Shown: positions 1 to 8,841 of the stretch, piece after piece
Numbering within the stretch: the stretch's first letter is position 1
Layout of the letters: each line of letters starts with the position of its first letter
IMG/VR virus record: IMGVR_UViG_3300025732_000030
Location: 1 to 64,000 of that record
Direction: 5' to 3' (one strand)
DNA from: a virus
Length of the DNA: 64,000 nucleotides
Notes under the pieces: model-generated
What the model was told of the DNA's origin: nothing
Database searches by the model: none
Seen by the model: only the letters and a program-made list of their open reading frames with translations
Translations under genes and position numbers: made by a program

Positions 1-120
1 GGACAATTCAACGGGTACCGTGTGATGATGTCTCAAACAATGCCAGCTATCTGGGTAAAAGACCCTACAAAAGTCTTGAAAATTGTTATGAGAAACCCAA
101 TCACTGGTGGCTCTCTATAA
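1..120 (+). CDS. Major capsid protein, C-terminal fragment (5' truncated by window edge)
   Basis: Frame 1 reads GQFNGYRVMMSQTMPAIWVKDPTKVLKIVMRNPITGGSL*. The xWVKDPTK ending resembles crAss-like MCP C-termini. Followed by a strong terminator and by the expected crAss gene order. Confidence 0.75.
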   Translation, partial: GQFNGYRVMMSQTMPAIWVKDPTKVLKIVMRNPITGGSL

Positions 121-133
121 TAGATCAGGGTAT

Positions 134-163
134 AAGAGGGAGAGTAAAATCTCCCTCTTTTTA
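134..163 (+). terminator. Rho-independent terminator after MCP
   Basis: AAGAGGGAGA-gtaaaa-TCTCCCTCTT perfect stem followed by a T-run. Confidence 0.85.
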
Positions 164-195
164 CTTAATTTTTAAAAACTTAAACCAACAAAAAA

Positions 196-1221
196 ATGAA
201 AAATTCAGAATTTACAATGGTGGAAATAAACAAGGCTGCCACCAGCAGAAAAACAGCCATAGCTATTAGAACATACTTTGACAGTAATTCTTCTAATATG
301 GGATTAGAAAACTACCAACAAGTATTGTTTGACGGTGTTAAACATCATGAACAATTAGCTTGTTTAGAGGTCAATGGAGTAATTAGATATATCACAGGTT
401 TAAATGAATTTGCACCTGAGATTAAACTGTTAGTTCCTGAACAAAGAGAAGCTAAGGTAAAAGAAATTAGAACAGCAGTTGCTGAACTAGAAAGAGAACT
501 AGCAGCAAATGTTATTGACATTGAAGATAAAGATTTTTGGAATAAAGTAAAATTACTTAGTCCAAATAATAAAGACTTCTGGAATAAGATAGATTTAAAA
601 TGTGGTAATGAGCCACTTTATCTTGATCCAAAAGATCCTTTTGATAGAATTAAACTTTATGCTATTGAAGCTGGGGGATTTTCAATTGTAGCCAAAAGCT
701 ATGATGATGCAAGATCAAAATCTAAGCCCCCAAAGTTTTATCTAGATAAAGAAGAAGAAACTGTAATGATTAGAACAGAGTACAAGAAAATGAGAAACAA
801 AGCTCTTTCTGAATTACAGAAGTTATTTGATAAGAACAGTACAAAACTATTCTATGTTGCTAAGGTAGTAGATATTAACAGCACACAGTATAGAAAATCT
901 ACTCCAAATGACGTACTTTATGAAAACATGGATATGTACATAAATGGTGAAGGAGGAGAAAGCAACAAAGAAAGAGCAGCAAAATCTTTCATAGATGCAG
1001 TAAATATGGATATGGAAACACTAAAAATTAAATCAGTTGTAAGAGATTCCGTATTTTTTAAGTATATTATTAGTAAGGCAGATGGTCATATTTATCATGC
1101 TAAGTCAAATAGCTTACTTGGTAGAAATGTATCAGATGTTGTAGAGTACTTTAAGAACCCTTTAAATGAGGATATTCTTAATGATGTTACAGCTTCTGTC
1201 GAGAAATTGTGGAATTCTTAA
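196..1221 (+). CDS. Conserved crAss-like protein downstream of MCP (crAssphage gene 75-like)
   Basis: 341-aa ORF; position directly after MCP. Assignment rests mainly on synteny. Confidence 0.55.
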   Translation: MKNSEFTMVEINKAATSRKTAIAIRTYFDSNSSNMGLENYQQVLFDGVKHHEQLACLEVNGVIRYITGLNEFAPEIKLLVPEQREAKVKEIRTAVAELERELAANVIDIEDKDFWNKVKLLSPNNKDFWNKIDLKCGNEPLYLDPKDPFDRIKLYAIEAGGFSIVAKSYDDARSKSKPPKFYLDKEEETVMIRTEYKKMRNKALSELQKLFDKNSTKLFYVAKVVDINSTQYRKSTPNDVLYENMDMYINGEGGESNKERAAKSFIDAVNMDMETLKIKSVVRDSVFFKYIISKADGHIYHAKSNSLLGRNVSDVVEYFKNPLNEDILNDVTASVEKLWNS

Positions 1222-1238
1222 TTTAAATATATAAAATC

Positions 1239-1301
1239 ATGGCAACAATTAAAAAAACAGGACCTGGTGTTTTGAAAAAAGGGGCTAAAAAGAAAAAATA
1301 A
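1239..1301 (+). CDS. 20-aa basic peptide (not in ORF track)
   Basis: MATIKKTGPGVLKKGAKKKK*. A-rich leader with AATCATG start; TAATG stop/start overlap with the next ORF. Confidence 0.55.
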   Translation: MATIKKTGPGVLKKGAKKKK

Positions 1302-1639
1302 TGCCAAAAGATGCTTGTTATAATAAAGTAAAATCTCAATATGCTGTATTTCCTTCAGCAAGAGCCTCTCAAGCTATTGCCAAATGTAGAAAGAAATCTG
1401 GTACAGTAAGAAAAACTGAGAAGGGTACTGAACTAAAAAGATGGCAAGCAGAAAAATGGCAAGATACTAAATCAGGAAAAGCTTGTGGTGCCGGTGGTAA
1501 AAATGAATACTGCCGGCCTACAAAAAGAGTATCAAAGGATACACCTAAAACAAAGTATGAACTAACTCCTTCTAAACTAGCTGCTAAAAAAGCTGAGAAG
1601 TCTAGAGTAGGAATGGGAAGAAGAGTTAAAAATGTATAG
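1301..1639 (+). CDS. Small basic protein (DUF5872-like)
   Basis: 112 aa, K/R-rich; DACYxKVK...PSAxAS, LKRWxxEKW and YCRPxKRVSxxTPKT motifs typical of small basic proteins of aquatic phages. Confidence 0.6.
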   Translation: MPKDACYNKVKSQYAVFPSARASQAIAKCRKKSGTVRKTEKGTELKRWQAEKWQDTKSGKACGAGGKNEYCRPTKRVSKDTPKTKYELTPSKLAAKKAEKSRVGMGRRVKNV

Positions 1640-1641
1640 TC

Positions 1642-1881
1642 ATGGCAATTAAAAAAACAACAACTAGAAAATCATCAGCTAAGAAATCATCTTCAGTTGG
1701 TATTTCTATTTTAGGTAGTAGTAGAGCAGACATGAGAAAATGGGAAATTGAATCTGCTATGTCTACATTACAAAGAGCATCTGAGATACAGAAGAATGCT
1801 AAACTTATGAATGATGTTAAAAAGTTAGCAGCTGAAAAAGCCAAAGAGTTTAATAATCTTGCAACAGGTAAAAAGATTTAA
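1642..1881 (+). CDS. Small basic hypothetical protein
   Basis: 79 aa; K/S/T-rich N-terminal tail followed by a helical segment. Confidence 0.65.
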   Translation: MAIKKTTTRKSSAKKSSSVGISILGSSRADMRKWEIESAMSTLQRASEIQKNAKLMNDVKKLAAEKAKEFNNLATGKKI

Positions 1882-1883
1882 TA

Positions 1884-2147
1884 ATGGCAAGAGTTACTGC
1901 TGATGGTGAAAAGCATAGGATTTACAAAAAAACTAATAAAATAGGAAAAGGTAAACCTGGTGATATAATGGTTAATCATCCCACAAAAGACAAAGGAGAG
2001 TGGGATACAATTAACTTAACTAAAAAAGCAGGAGCAAAAACTATTAAACAAGGTATAGCAGCAACTAAAAAATGGCATAAAGAAAATCCATATCCTAAAA
2101 AGAAAAAAAATGGCAAAGACAGCAGCTTGGCAAAGAAAAGAAGGTAA
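1884..2147 (+). CDS. Small basic hypothetical protein
   Basis: 87 aa, K-rich, tightly packed in the operon. Confidence 0.65.
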   Translation: MARVTADGEKHRIYKKTNKIGKGKPGDIMVNHPTKDKGEWDTINLTKKAGAKTIKQGIAATKKWHKENPYPKKKKNGKDSSLAKKRR

Positions 2148-2382
2148 AAATAAAACAGGTGGTTTAAATGCTAAAGGAGTAGCTTCATATAGAAAAGAAA
2201 ATCCAGGAAGCAAACTTCAGACAGCTGTTACTACTAAACCATCAAAACTAAAACCTGGAAGTAAAGATGCTAAAAGACGTAAAAGTTTTTGTGCTAGAAT
2301 GTCTGGAATGCCAGGACCAATGAAAGATGAAAAAGGAAGACCAACTAGAAAGGCTCTTTCTTTAAGAAAATGGAATTGTTAA
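2110..2382 (+). CDS. Small basic protein (DUF6321-like)
   Basis: AWQRKEGKNxxGGLNAKG...RRKSFCARM.G...RKALSLRKWNC, a recognisable family in aquatic phages. Confidence 0.7.
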   Translation: MAKTAAWQRKEGKNKTGGLNAKGVASYRKENPGSKLQTAVTTKPSKLKPGSKDAKRRKSFCARMSGMPGPMKDEKGRPTRKALSLRKWNC

Positions 2383-2399
2383 TTTAAAAAAATATAATC

Positions 2400-2564
2400 A
2401 TGAAAAAATGTATGAAGTGTGGTGGTAAAGTTAAAATGGCTAAAGGTGGTAGTGCTAAAAGTATTATCAACTTTAAAGGCTTACCATTAAGTGGCCCAAC
2501 AGGACCAAATTCTTCAGGTATTAATACTGCAAAGAAAGGTGGCATAGTTAAGAAAAAGAAGTAA
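2400..2564 (+). CDS. 54-aa basic peptide with three xxxGG motifs (not in ORF track)
   Basis: MKKCMKCGGKVKMAKGGSAKSIINFKGLPLSGPTGPNSSGINTAKKGGIVKKKK*. Confidence 0.7.
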   Translation: MKKCMKCGGKVKMAKGGSAKSIINFKGLPLSGPTGPNSSGINTAKKGGIVKKKK

Positions 2565-2566
2565 TC

Positions 2567-2605
2567 ATGTGTAGCTGTAGAGGTAAAGGTAAAGTAAAAA
2601 AATAA
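2567..2605 (+). CDS. 12-aa basic Cys peptide (not in ORF track)
   Basis: MCSCRGKGKVKK*. TAATCATG start; fills the gap between its neighbours. Confidence 0.4.
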   Translation: MCSCRGKGKVKK

Positions 2606-2609
2606 AGTC

Positions 2610-2762
2610 ATGGCAACTAAAAAGAAGACAGATAAAAAGTGGATTCAAAAAGCAATAAATCCAGCACATAAAGGATTTTGCACTCCTATGACTAAAAAAA
2701 CATGTACTCCTAAAAGAAAAGCTCTTGCTATCACACTAAAGAAAATGTCTAAAAATAAATAA
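2610..2762 (+). CDS. 50-aa basic peptide, KWIQKAI family (not in ORF track)
   Basis: MATKKKTDKKWIQKAINPAHKGFCTPMTKKTCTPKRKALAITLKKMSKNK*. Confidence 0.7.
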   Translation: MATKKKTDKKWIQKAINPAHKGFCTPMTKKTCTPKRKALAITLKKMSKNK

Positions 2763-2764
2763 TC

Positions 2765-3253
2765 ATGAAACAGAATAAAAAAATAAATCCACTTATACAC
2801 TTTAATAATCTTAAAGCTGCTGCTGTTAAGAGGGGACAGGCCCAAATGGCTAATTTTACAAAAAAAATGAGATTGGGCGGTGAAGGAGAACCTGAAGAAA
2901 CAAAACCACCTGCACAAAAAGAAAATGACACAGAAAAAAAAGAAGAAAGTGCAGTTAGTGCTACTAAATTTGGAGCTATGTCTAATAAAGAATTTCGTCA
3001 ATTAAAAAAAGGAGAAAAACGTAAAGCAAAAATAGAAAGAATTTCTAGTGGAAAACAAGGTGAAAGAGTTGATAATGTTATTAAAGCTGTTGGAGCAGGT
3101 GCTGAAGCAATAGGTAATGTTGCAGGTAGTATAAAAGATATAAAAGGAGTATTTGGTCCATCACAACAAAAAAGAGGTGGTGTTATAAATAGAAGGACAA
3201 CTTCTAGACCTATTGCTAAAAAAGGTGGATCTGTAAAAAGAAAAAGAAAATAA
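2765..3253 (+). CDS. Basic low-complexity protein with xxxGG motifs
   Basis: 162 aa; MRLGG, QKRGG, AKKGG motifs; KRKRK C-terminus. Confidence 0.7.
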   Translation: MKQNKKINPLIHFNNLKAAAVKRGQAQMANFTKKMRLGGEGEPEETKPPAQKENDTEKKEESAVSATKFGAMSNKEFRQLKKGEKRKAKIERISSGKQGERVDNVIKAVGAGAEAIGNVAGSIKDIKGVFGPSQQKRGGVINRRTTSRPIAKKGGSVKRKRK

Positions 3254-3256
3254 GAA

Positions 3257-3958
3257 ATGTTAAATAGTACTATAACTGTAAAGATTAAACAACGTCTCAA
3301 TAAGCTTGACAGCCAAGACTATGATAACATAGAGTGCTGGCAGGTTGTGGAGGCATTTAACAAGGCTCAAGTAGAATGGGCTAGAAGACAGTTACACGGC
3401 ATTAATGTAGTTAAAGAAGGAGATGAACAATCTACTAGAAGAAAAGACGACCTTCAAGTTCTTCTTAATAAAACTACTATAACTAGTTTAACGGACAAAG
3501 GAGATTATTCTTTTTTAAGTATCCCCGGAAATTATCTACAATGGAAAAGAGTAGATGTCTTTGCACAAAGAGATTGTTGTGATAAAAGAAGAATGGTAAT
3601 ATATCTTGCAGAAGAAGGTAATGTATCTATACTTCTAAGAGATAAACTAAAACAACCAAGCTTTGAATGGGCAGAGACATTTGCTACATTAATAGATGAT
3701 AGAATTAATATCTATACTAATAATGAGTTTAATATCCCTGAAGTAGAACTTACATACTATAGACAACCTGTAAAAATTCAAATTCAAGGTTGTGTTGATC
3801 CCTACACTAATTTACAATCTACAACAAATGTGGAATGTGAATTTAAAGATGATATAATAGAATTACTAATTGATGAAACAGTAAGTATTTTGGCAGGAGA
3901 TATTGAATCTAACAATCAATTCTCAAGAGGTACTGAAACTGCAGAAAGAAATAACTAA
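3257..3958 (+). CDS. Head-tail adaptor / ring protein (crAss gene 74-like)
   Basis: KQRLNKLDSQDYDN...FNKAQ N-terminus and LTYYRQP...CEF C-terminal part resemble crAss ring proteins; synteny. Confidence 0.65.
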   Translation: MLNSTITVKIKQRLNKLDSQDYDNIECWQVVEAFNKAQVEWARRQLHGINVVKEGDEQSTRRKDDLQVLLNKTTITSLTDKGDYSFLSIPGNYLQWKRVDVFAQRDCCDKRRMVIYLAEEGNVSILLRDKLKQPSFEWAETFATLIDDRINIYTNNEFNIPEVELTYYRQPVKIQIQGCVDPYTNLQSTTNVECEFKDDIIELLIDETVSILAGDIESNNQFSRGTETAERNN

Positions 3959-3964
3959 TAAATA

Positions 3965-4423
3965 ATGGAAAAGCCAAGAATGTTAAAAAGAGAGTATGTA
4001 CCATCTAAAAGTGCAGAATATTCTACAGCAGGAGCATCAGCTAATTCTGAAGTACTAACAGCTGCTTGTGCAACTGAACTTATGAATGCTGCAAGTAGCT
4101 TTCATAAACTTCATTTAAAAGTAAAAGGATCCGGAGCATATGCTGCTCACAAAGCACTTAATGAACTTTATGATGCATTACCTGGTCATGCAGACATTCT
4201 TATTGAAGGATACCAAGGAGCATCAGAGAAAATCCTTGACTATAAAGAATCTACCCCAAGAACACTTAACTCAGTAGAAGAAGGTTTAGCTTATCTGAGA
4301 GATATGTATCAAATGGTAAATACTCTTCAAGCTAAAATGCCTTATTCTGAAATTATAAATTCATTGGATAATCTAAAAGATACTATTAACTCTGCTAAGT
4401 ATAAATTACTTTTCTTAAAATAA
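3965..4423 (+). CDS. Ferritin/Dps-like protein (DUF5856-like)
   Basis: FHKLHLKVKG..YAAHKALNELYD...ADILIEGYQG...YKLLFLK matches the Dps ferroxidase H-x11-H...D-x3-E pattern. Confidence 0.75.
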   Translation: MEKPRMLKREYVPSKSAEYSTAGASANSEVLTAACATELMNAASSFHKLHLKVKGSGAYAAHKALNELYDALPGHADILIEGYQGASEKILDYKESTPRTLNSVEEGLAYLRDMYQMVNTLQAKMPYSEIINSLDNLKDTINSAKYKLLFLK

Positions 4424-4424
4424 T

Positions 4425-4456
4425 TTTGGAGTTAAGAATATTTTTAGTATATTATA
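4425..4456 (+). promoter_or_regulatory. Putative late promoter
   Basis: TTTG-N17-AGTATATTATA; the same core recurs before four other + strand genes. Confidence 0.6.
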
Positions 4457-4486
4457 ATATATATGTTTAACTAAAAAATAAAAAAA

Positions 4487-6112
4487 ATGGCTTATTTTAA
4501 TCACGCGTTTCAAAAAACGTTTTTGGCTACAGGTGCCACAATTGGTCCTGTAACTATCACATTACCTGATGGTACTACTACCGCAGCTAGTGCAACTGGT
4601 GGTTTTTTAACTACTGCCGGTGTTCCTACTTATGCACTTAATCAAGTTTCTGCAGCTGGAATTGTTGCTAATGGAGATCTTGAAAGTGGATATGTTGGTT
4701 GGTTTGATCCTAAAACTAATGTGTCTGTAGTACCAAGTACTGCTAGTGCTTGTTGTCCTTTGTATCTTGCTGGATCAACAATCTACTGTAATGACAAAAT
4801 TAGTCCTTTCTTAGGTGGATACCAAGAAACTAACAAGTCTAAAGTTGTTAATCCTAGATATGTATCTAGATTATATGATGTAGAGCCTTGTGAGCCTACT
4901 AACAATGTAGTACACGTTGGTTCAACTTATTGGACTGCAGGTGGTGGAATTTTAACTACTAATAACCTTGTTGGTGGTGCTGGATATACAACTGGTGTAA
5001 CTACTACAACTGGTGGTACTGGAACAGGGGCTGTTGTTTCTTTCACAGCTGTTGCTGGTGCTGTAACTGTTGTTACTCTTGTTTCTCCAGGAAAAGGATA
5101 CACAATTGGTGATACTCTTACTCTTGTAGGTGGTGGTGGTAATGCTACTTTTGATGTTTTAACAGTAACTGCTGCTGCAGGTGATGCTTCTTGCTGTAAA
5201 GAATTCTTATGTGGTGAGACTTACTATCTTCGTTTAGATGTTAAAGGTTCTCCTGCTTTAAGATTCTTAAATCACAATGCATACTATACTGCATCTGCAT
5301 ATACTGGTTGTTGTCCTGCAGGAGCTATTGCTCCAACTGCGGTTGACTCAACTGAAGTTATGATCCTTTGGGCTAATGACTTATTAAATTCTCCAATTGT
5401 ATCTCCATTCTTACAAATTGCTGTGGAAGATGAGGCTGGTGTTATTTGGTATGCTCCTGGTACATCTGCTGCTTTCTTGGCTTCAGTTGGTGCTGATACT
5501 TGGGATAACTATCCAGCTACTGCCCATACTCCTGGTGCATGTGCAGGTTTAATTTTAAATGGTGCTTATGTAGATACTAGATTTGGAAATTGTACTTTCC
5601 AAGTTTCTGACTTCTATGAATTACAACCAATTAACTTATATCCAAGTGAAGTAGACTTAAATGGTGATCCATGTGAGTTTACAGGAGTATGTGTAGTTAA
5701 TGAGTGTTTGGGTAGCCAAGCAATGGGTACTGGAGAATCAGTGGTAAGAGATCTTTCTCTTTCTGAGTCTTACAGACAAAACTTTACTGCTACAGATCTT
5801 CGTATTAGAGAGATCACTCAAGGTAATCAACTTATAAATGCTATCAATAGACAAGCACTTTACTATAGAGTTTATTTACAACACAGTGTTCCAAGATTTA
5901 ACAATCCTTCTGGTACTTTTGATAATGATCAATACTTGTTAGAAGTTGTATTTACAGATGTTGCTAGTGGTGGGGCTTTCCTTACAGCTACTGAAGACTG
6001 GTTAGATGCTTGTGGAGTTTGTACAATTGAAGTAGGTGTTAATGGCTTCACTTGTGAGTCTACATGTTCAGCAGTTGACTTCCCTGCTCTTCCAACTCAG
6101 TGTGGAATCTAA
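4487..6112 (+). CDS. Virion structural protein (crAss gene 73-like / auxiliary capsid protein) with a G/T-rich insert
   Basis: 541 aa; own promoter and terminator; MAYFNHAF start; HSVPRFNNPSGTFDNDQY near the C-terminus; synteny. Confidence 0.55.
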   Translation: MAYFNHAFQKTFLATGATIGPVTITLPDGTTTAASATGGFLTTAGVPTYALNQVSAAGIVANGDLESGYVGWFDPKTNVSVVPSTASACCPLYLAGSTIYCNDKISPFLGGYQETNKSKVVNPRYVSRLYDVEPCEPTNNVVHVGSTYWTAGGGILTTNNLVGGAGYTTGVTTTTGGTGTGAVVSFTAVAGAVTVVTLVSPGKGYTIGDTLTLVGGGGNATFDVLTVTAAAGDASCCKEFLCGETYYLRLDVKGSPALRFLNHNAYYTASAYTGCCPAGAIAPTAVDSTEVMILWANDLLNSPIVSPFLQIAVEDEAGVIWYAPGTSAAFLASVGADTWDNYPATAHTPGACAGLILNGAYVDTRFGNCTFQVSDFYELQPINLYPSEVDLNGDPCEFTGVCVVNECLGSQAMGTGESVVRDLSLSESYRQNFTATDLRIREITQGNQLINAINRQALYYRVYLQHSVPRFNNPSGTFDNDQYLLEVVFTDVASGGAFLTATEDWLDACGVCTIEVGVNGFTCESTCSAVDFPALPTQCGI

Positions 6113-6135
6113 GAATTAAAGGTTAATAAATAAAT

Positions 6136-6172
6136 AAAGGGGAGAGAGAGTTTAGACTCCTTTCCCCTTTTT
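6136..6172 (+). terminator. Rho-independent terminator
   Basis: AAAGGGGAGAGAGAG...CTCCTTTCCCCTTT imperfect stem with a T-run. Confidence 0.7.
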
Positions 6173-6186
6173 ATTAAAAAGAAATT

Positions 6187-6747
6187 ATGGCAAATCATGT
6201 ATTAAGTCTAGAGGTGCCTCAAGTAATGAATGAGTGTATTCTCAAATTACTAGACACAAGTATATATCAAACAGCAAATCCAGCAATTCCAGTAGTTTGT
6301 CCTACCCTGAATATTACTGTTCCGGGATTTGGGTATTCTAATCAAATTGATGCTACTAGCTTTTATACTACAGGATCTGCTACTATAACAGCTTGTGATC
6401 TACAACTACAAACTACTAATTGTACAACTCAACATTTTAATTTACCTGATGGTATTTATATTATAAAATACAGTGTATCTCCTAATGATACTGTATATGT
6501 AGAGTACAATCATTTAAGAGTTACATCTGCTTTAAATAAATATTACAAAATACTTTGTGATATAGATGTTGCAGCATGTGACCCTCCATTTAAAATTCAA
6601 CAAAAACTTGAAGAACTAAGATTGATATTTATGTATCTTCAAGCAGCAAAGTCTAAGGTAGAGTTTTGTCATGAGCCACAGAAAGGTATGAGCTTATACA
6701 ACTATGCTGTAAAACTTTTAAATAAAATGTCCTGTTCAAATTGTTAA
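6187..6747 (+). CDS. Putative tail hub/structural protein, Cys-rich
   Basis: 186 aa; LPDGIYIIKYSVSPN motif seen in crAss-like tail-associated proteins. Confidence 0.5.
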   Translation: MANHVLSLEVPQVMNECILKLLDTSIYQTANPAIPVVCPTLNITVPGFGYSNQIDATSFYTTGSATITACDLQLQTTNCTTQHFNLPDGIYIIKYSVSPNDTVYVEYNHLRVTSALNKYYKILCDIDVAACDPPFKIQQKLEELRLIFMYLQAAKSKVEFCHEPQKGMSLYNYAVKLLNKMSCSNC

Positions 6748-6768
6748 ACCAACAAAAAACCAATAGTT

Positions 6769-6927
6769 ATGTCAGTATGTTCAAATTGTAAAGCAAAATT
6801 ATCCTGCGGGTGTCAGAAGAGAAAAGCATCTAATGGACAACAAGTATGCTCCAATTGCTTAGCAAAATATGAAACACAATTAAAAGCCAATAAAGGAAAA
6901 GATAGCTTACAAAAATTTACTAAATAA
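6769..6927 (+). CDS. 52-aa Cys-rich zinc-finger/metallothionein-like peptide (not in ORF track)
   Basis: MSVCSNCKAKLSCGCQKRKASNGQQVCSNCLAKYETQLKANKGKDSLQKFTK*; TAATG overlap with the next gene. Confidence 0.75.
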   Translation: MSVCSNCKAKLSCGCQKRKASNGQQVCSNCLAKYETQLKANKGKDSLQKFTK

Positions 6928-8822
6928 TGGCTCCTGTATATTATATATTTACACCTTGTTGCGGAGGGGATGATCTTTATTTTCAAACAGATCCTTCTGG
7001 TATACTTCCATATGCATTACCCCATCAGTTAATATATGATGCATATGCATGGGATACAACACCTCCTGGAGTACCAACTTATGGTGATCAGTATGGTTTA
7101 GTATCTGGAACATGCTATACAGTTAGCACTGGTATAGTTGCTACTGGAGAGCCAATAGAAACATTGCTACAGTTTTTTTCTTTGCCAATACTAAGTAATT
7201 CATGGATGAGCTTTACTGCTGCAGGTTATACAGATTGTGATCCTTTATATGGAGAGTGTAAACCATGTCCAGATTGTTATTTATTAATATCGTGTGATGG
7301 TTCTGTACCACCATTTACAACCAATCAAGATCTAGCTGCAATAGGAGCAACTCCTGGAGGATCATATATATTAGGTAGTCCTGATTATGGTGATGTATGT
7401 TTTCAAGTATTACTTGCACCTGAAGCTTTATTGCCATGTGATACATCAGCACCTGTATTATCTTATATAGATACTTGTATATGTGATTGTGATTGCTACT
7501 CTGTTATTGCAAATTCTAAAAACTGCTATTATATTGATTGTAATGGAAATTTAGTAAATACTGGTGCATTAACCGGTACAGAAATAAAGTTTTGTTCTTT
7601 AACATATCCTATTATTGTAGGAAATCAATGGCCATTACCTTTTTATATAACAAATACTGGGGCATGTGTTAATCAAATATGCCCTGAAGAGTGTTATGAA
7701 TTAGTAGATTGTGATGGTTTACAAGATCCTATTTTTACTACTAAACCTTCATTAGGACAATATGCAATTATTGGACAAGTAGTTATTATAGAGGGTTATC
7801 CAGATACATGTTGGATAGTTAACTCAGTAGCAGATTGTGAATGTGCAATAGATGTTGTTGTACTTCAATCTTATGCAGATTGTCCTACTTGTAAAAACCC
7901 AAGTAAGTACAAATTAATTAATTGTGCTGACTCAGGAACAATAGTATATACTAGTTCAGATTTAAGTGCTGTTGTTGGTCAAGTAATTACTATATTAGAT
8001 TGCCCAGGGTGTTGGTTTGTAGAAGAAATACCAGATATTCCATCTGATACAATAGTAATAGTAAATCAAGTTTATGTAGACTGTGTAGAATGTGAGCGTG
8101 AATATTATCAGTTAATAGATTGTACTGGTTACATGGCTCCCATAATAACCTATACAGATCTTAGTGCATATATTGGCTCAGTAATTAAACTTAAATATTG
8201 TCCTGATACATGTTGGTCAGTAAATATTACACAAAATTTTCAAGATGCTGGAATAGTAATTCCAGAAACTGAATATGTAGATTGTCCAGAGTGTTTACGT
8301 ACATTTCCATGTATTTGTACAACAGTAAGGAATGACAGTGATATAGCATTAGATTATAGATACTATGATTGTGATATTGCTGTACAACAGTTTACTCTAC
8401 AACCGGGAGAAACTTCTCCTAAGTTTTGTATTAGAGCATGGTCAATTTATTTTCCTGATACAGATTATATAGTACAACATGGAGATTGTACACAAGTAAT
8501 GCAAGATCCTTGGGGGTGTCCACCAGAAGTTTATCCAAGAAGAAGTGTACAACCGGGATATAATACACCAGCATGTACTGCAGATAAGTATGAAAAAATA
8601 TCTTGTAAATCAGCAGAAGTATACTATAAACAAGTACTTTATTTAAGATATGGTATATCTGATTGCTGTCCAGAAGATACAGATAAATGGTTAATTAAAA
8701 AAGAACTTATAGATATGGATGCACTAAGAGATCCAAATTGGGTATGCACCATATCTACTTGTGGATGTCCTCCAGCTTCATGTAACTGTACTCCACTATC
8801 AACAACTTGTAATTCTCAATAA
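6927..8822 (+). CDS. Cys-rich repeat structural (tail-associated) protein
   Basis: 631 aa, acidic and Cys-rich, with internal repeats of about 67-70 aa. Confidence 0.6.
   Translation: MAPVYYIFTPCCGGDDLYFQTDPSGILPYALPHQLIYDAYAWDTTPPGVPTYGDQYGLVSGTCYTVSTGIVATGEPIETLLQFFSLPILSNSWMSFTAAGYTDCDPLYGECKPCPDCYLLISCDGSVPPFTTNQDLAAIGATPGGSYILGSPDYGDVCFQVLLAPEALLPCDTSAPVLSYIDTCICDCDCYSVIANSKNCYYIDCNGNLVNTGALTGTEIKFCSLTYPIIVGNQWPLPFYITNTGACVNQICPEECYELVDCDGLQDPIFTTKPSLGQYAIIGQVVIIEGYPDTCWIVNSVADCECAIDVVVLQSYADCPTCKNPSKYKLINCADSGTIVYTSSDLSAVVGQVITILDCPGCWFVEEIPDIPSDTIVIVNQVYVDCVECEREYYQLIDCTGYMAPIITYTDLSAYIGSVIKLKYCPDTCWSVNITQNFQDAGIVIPETEYVDCPECLRTFPCICTTVRNDSDIALDYRYYDCDIAVQQFTLQPGETSPKFCIRAWSIYFPDTDYIVQHGDCTQVMQDPWGCPPEVYPRRSVQPGYNTPACTADKYEKISCKSAEVYYKQVLYLRYGISDCCPEDTDKWLIKKELIDMDALRDPNWVCTISTCGCPPASCNCTPLSTTCNSQ
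7692..8294 (+). repeat. Three tandem Cys-rich protein repeats
   Basis: Y-x-L-[VI]-[DN]-C...[IV]G-x-V[VI]...CW-x-V...Y-x-DC-xx-C three times; a degenerate copy lies near 7275. Confidence 0.75.
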
Positions 8823-8838
8823 TAATTAGTATATTATA
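8806..8838 (+). promoter_or_regulatory. Putative late promoter
   Basis: CTTG-N18-AGTATATTATA upstream of 8842. Confidence 0.5.
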
Positions 8839-8841
8839 GAT

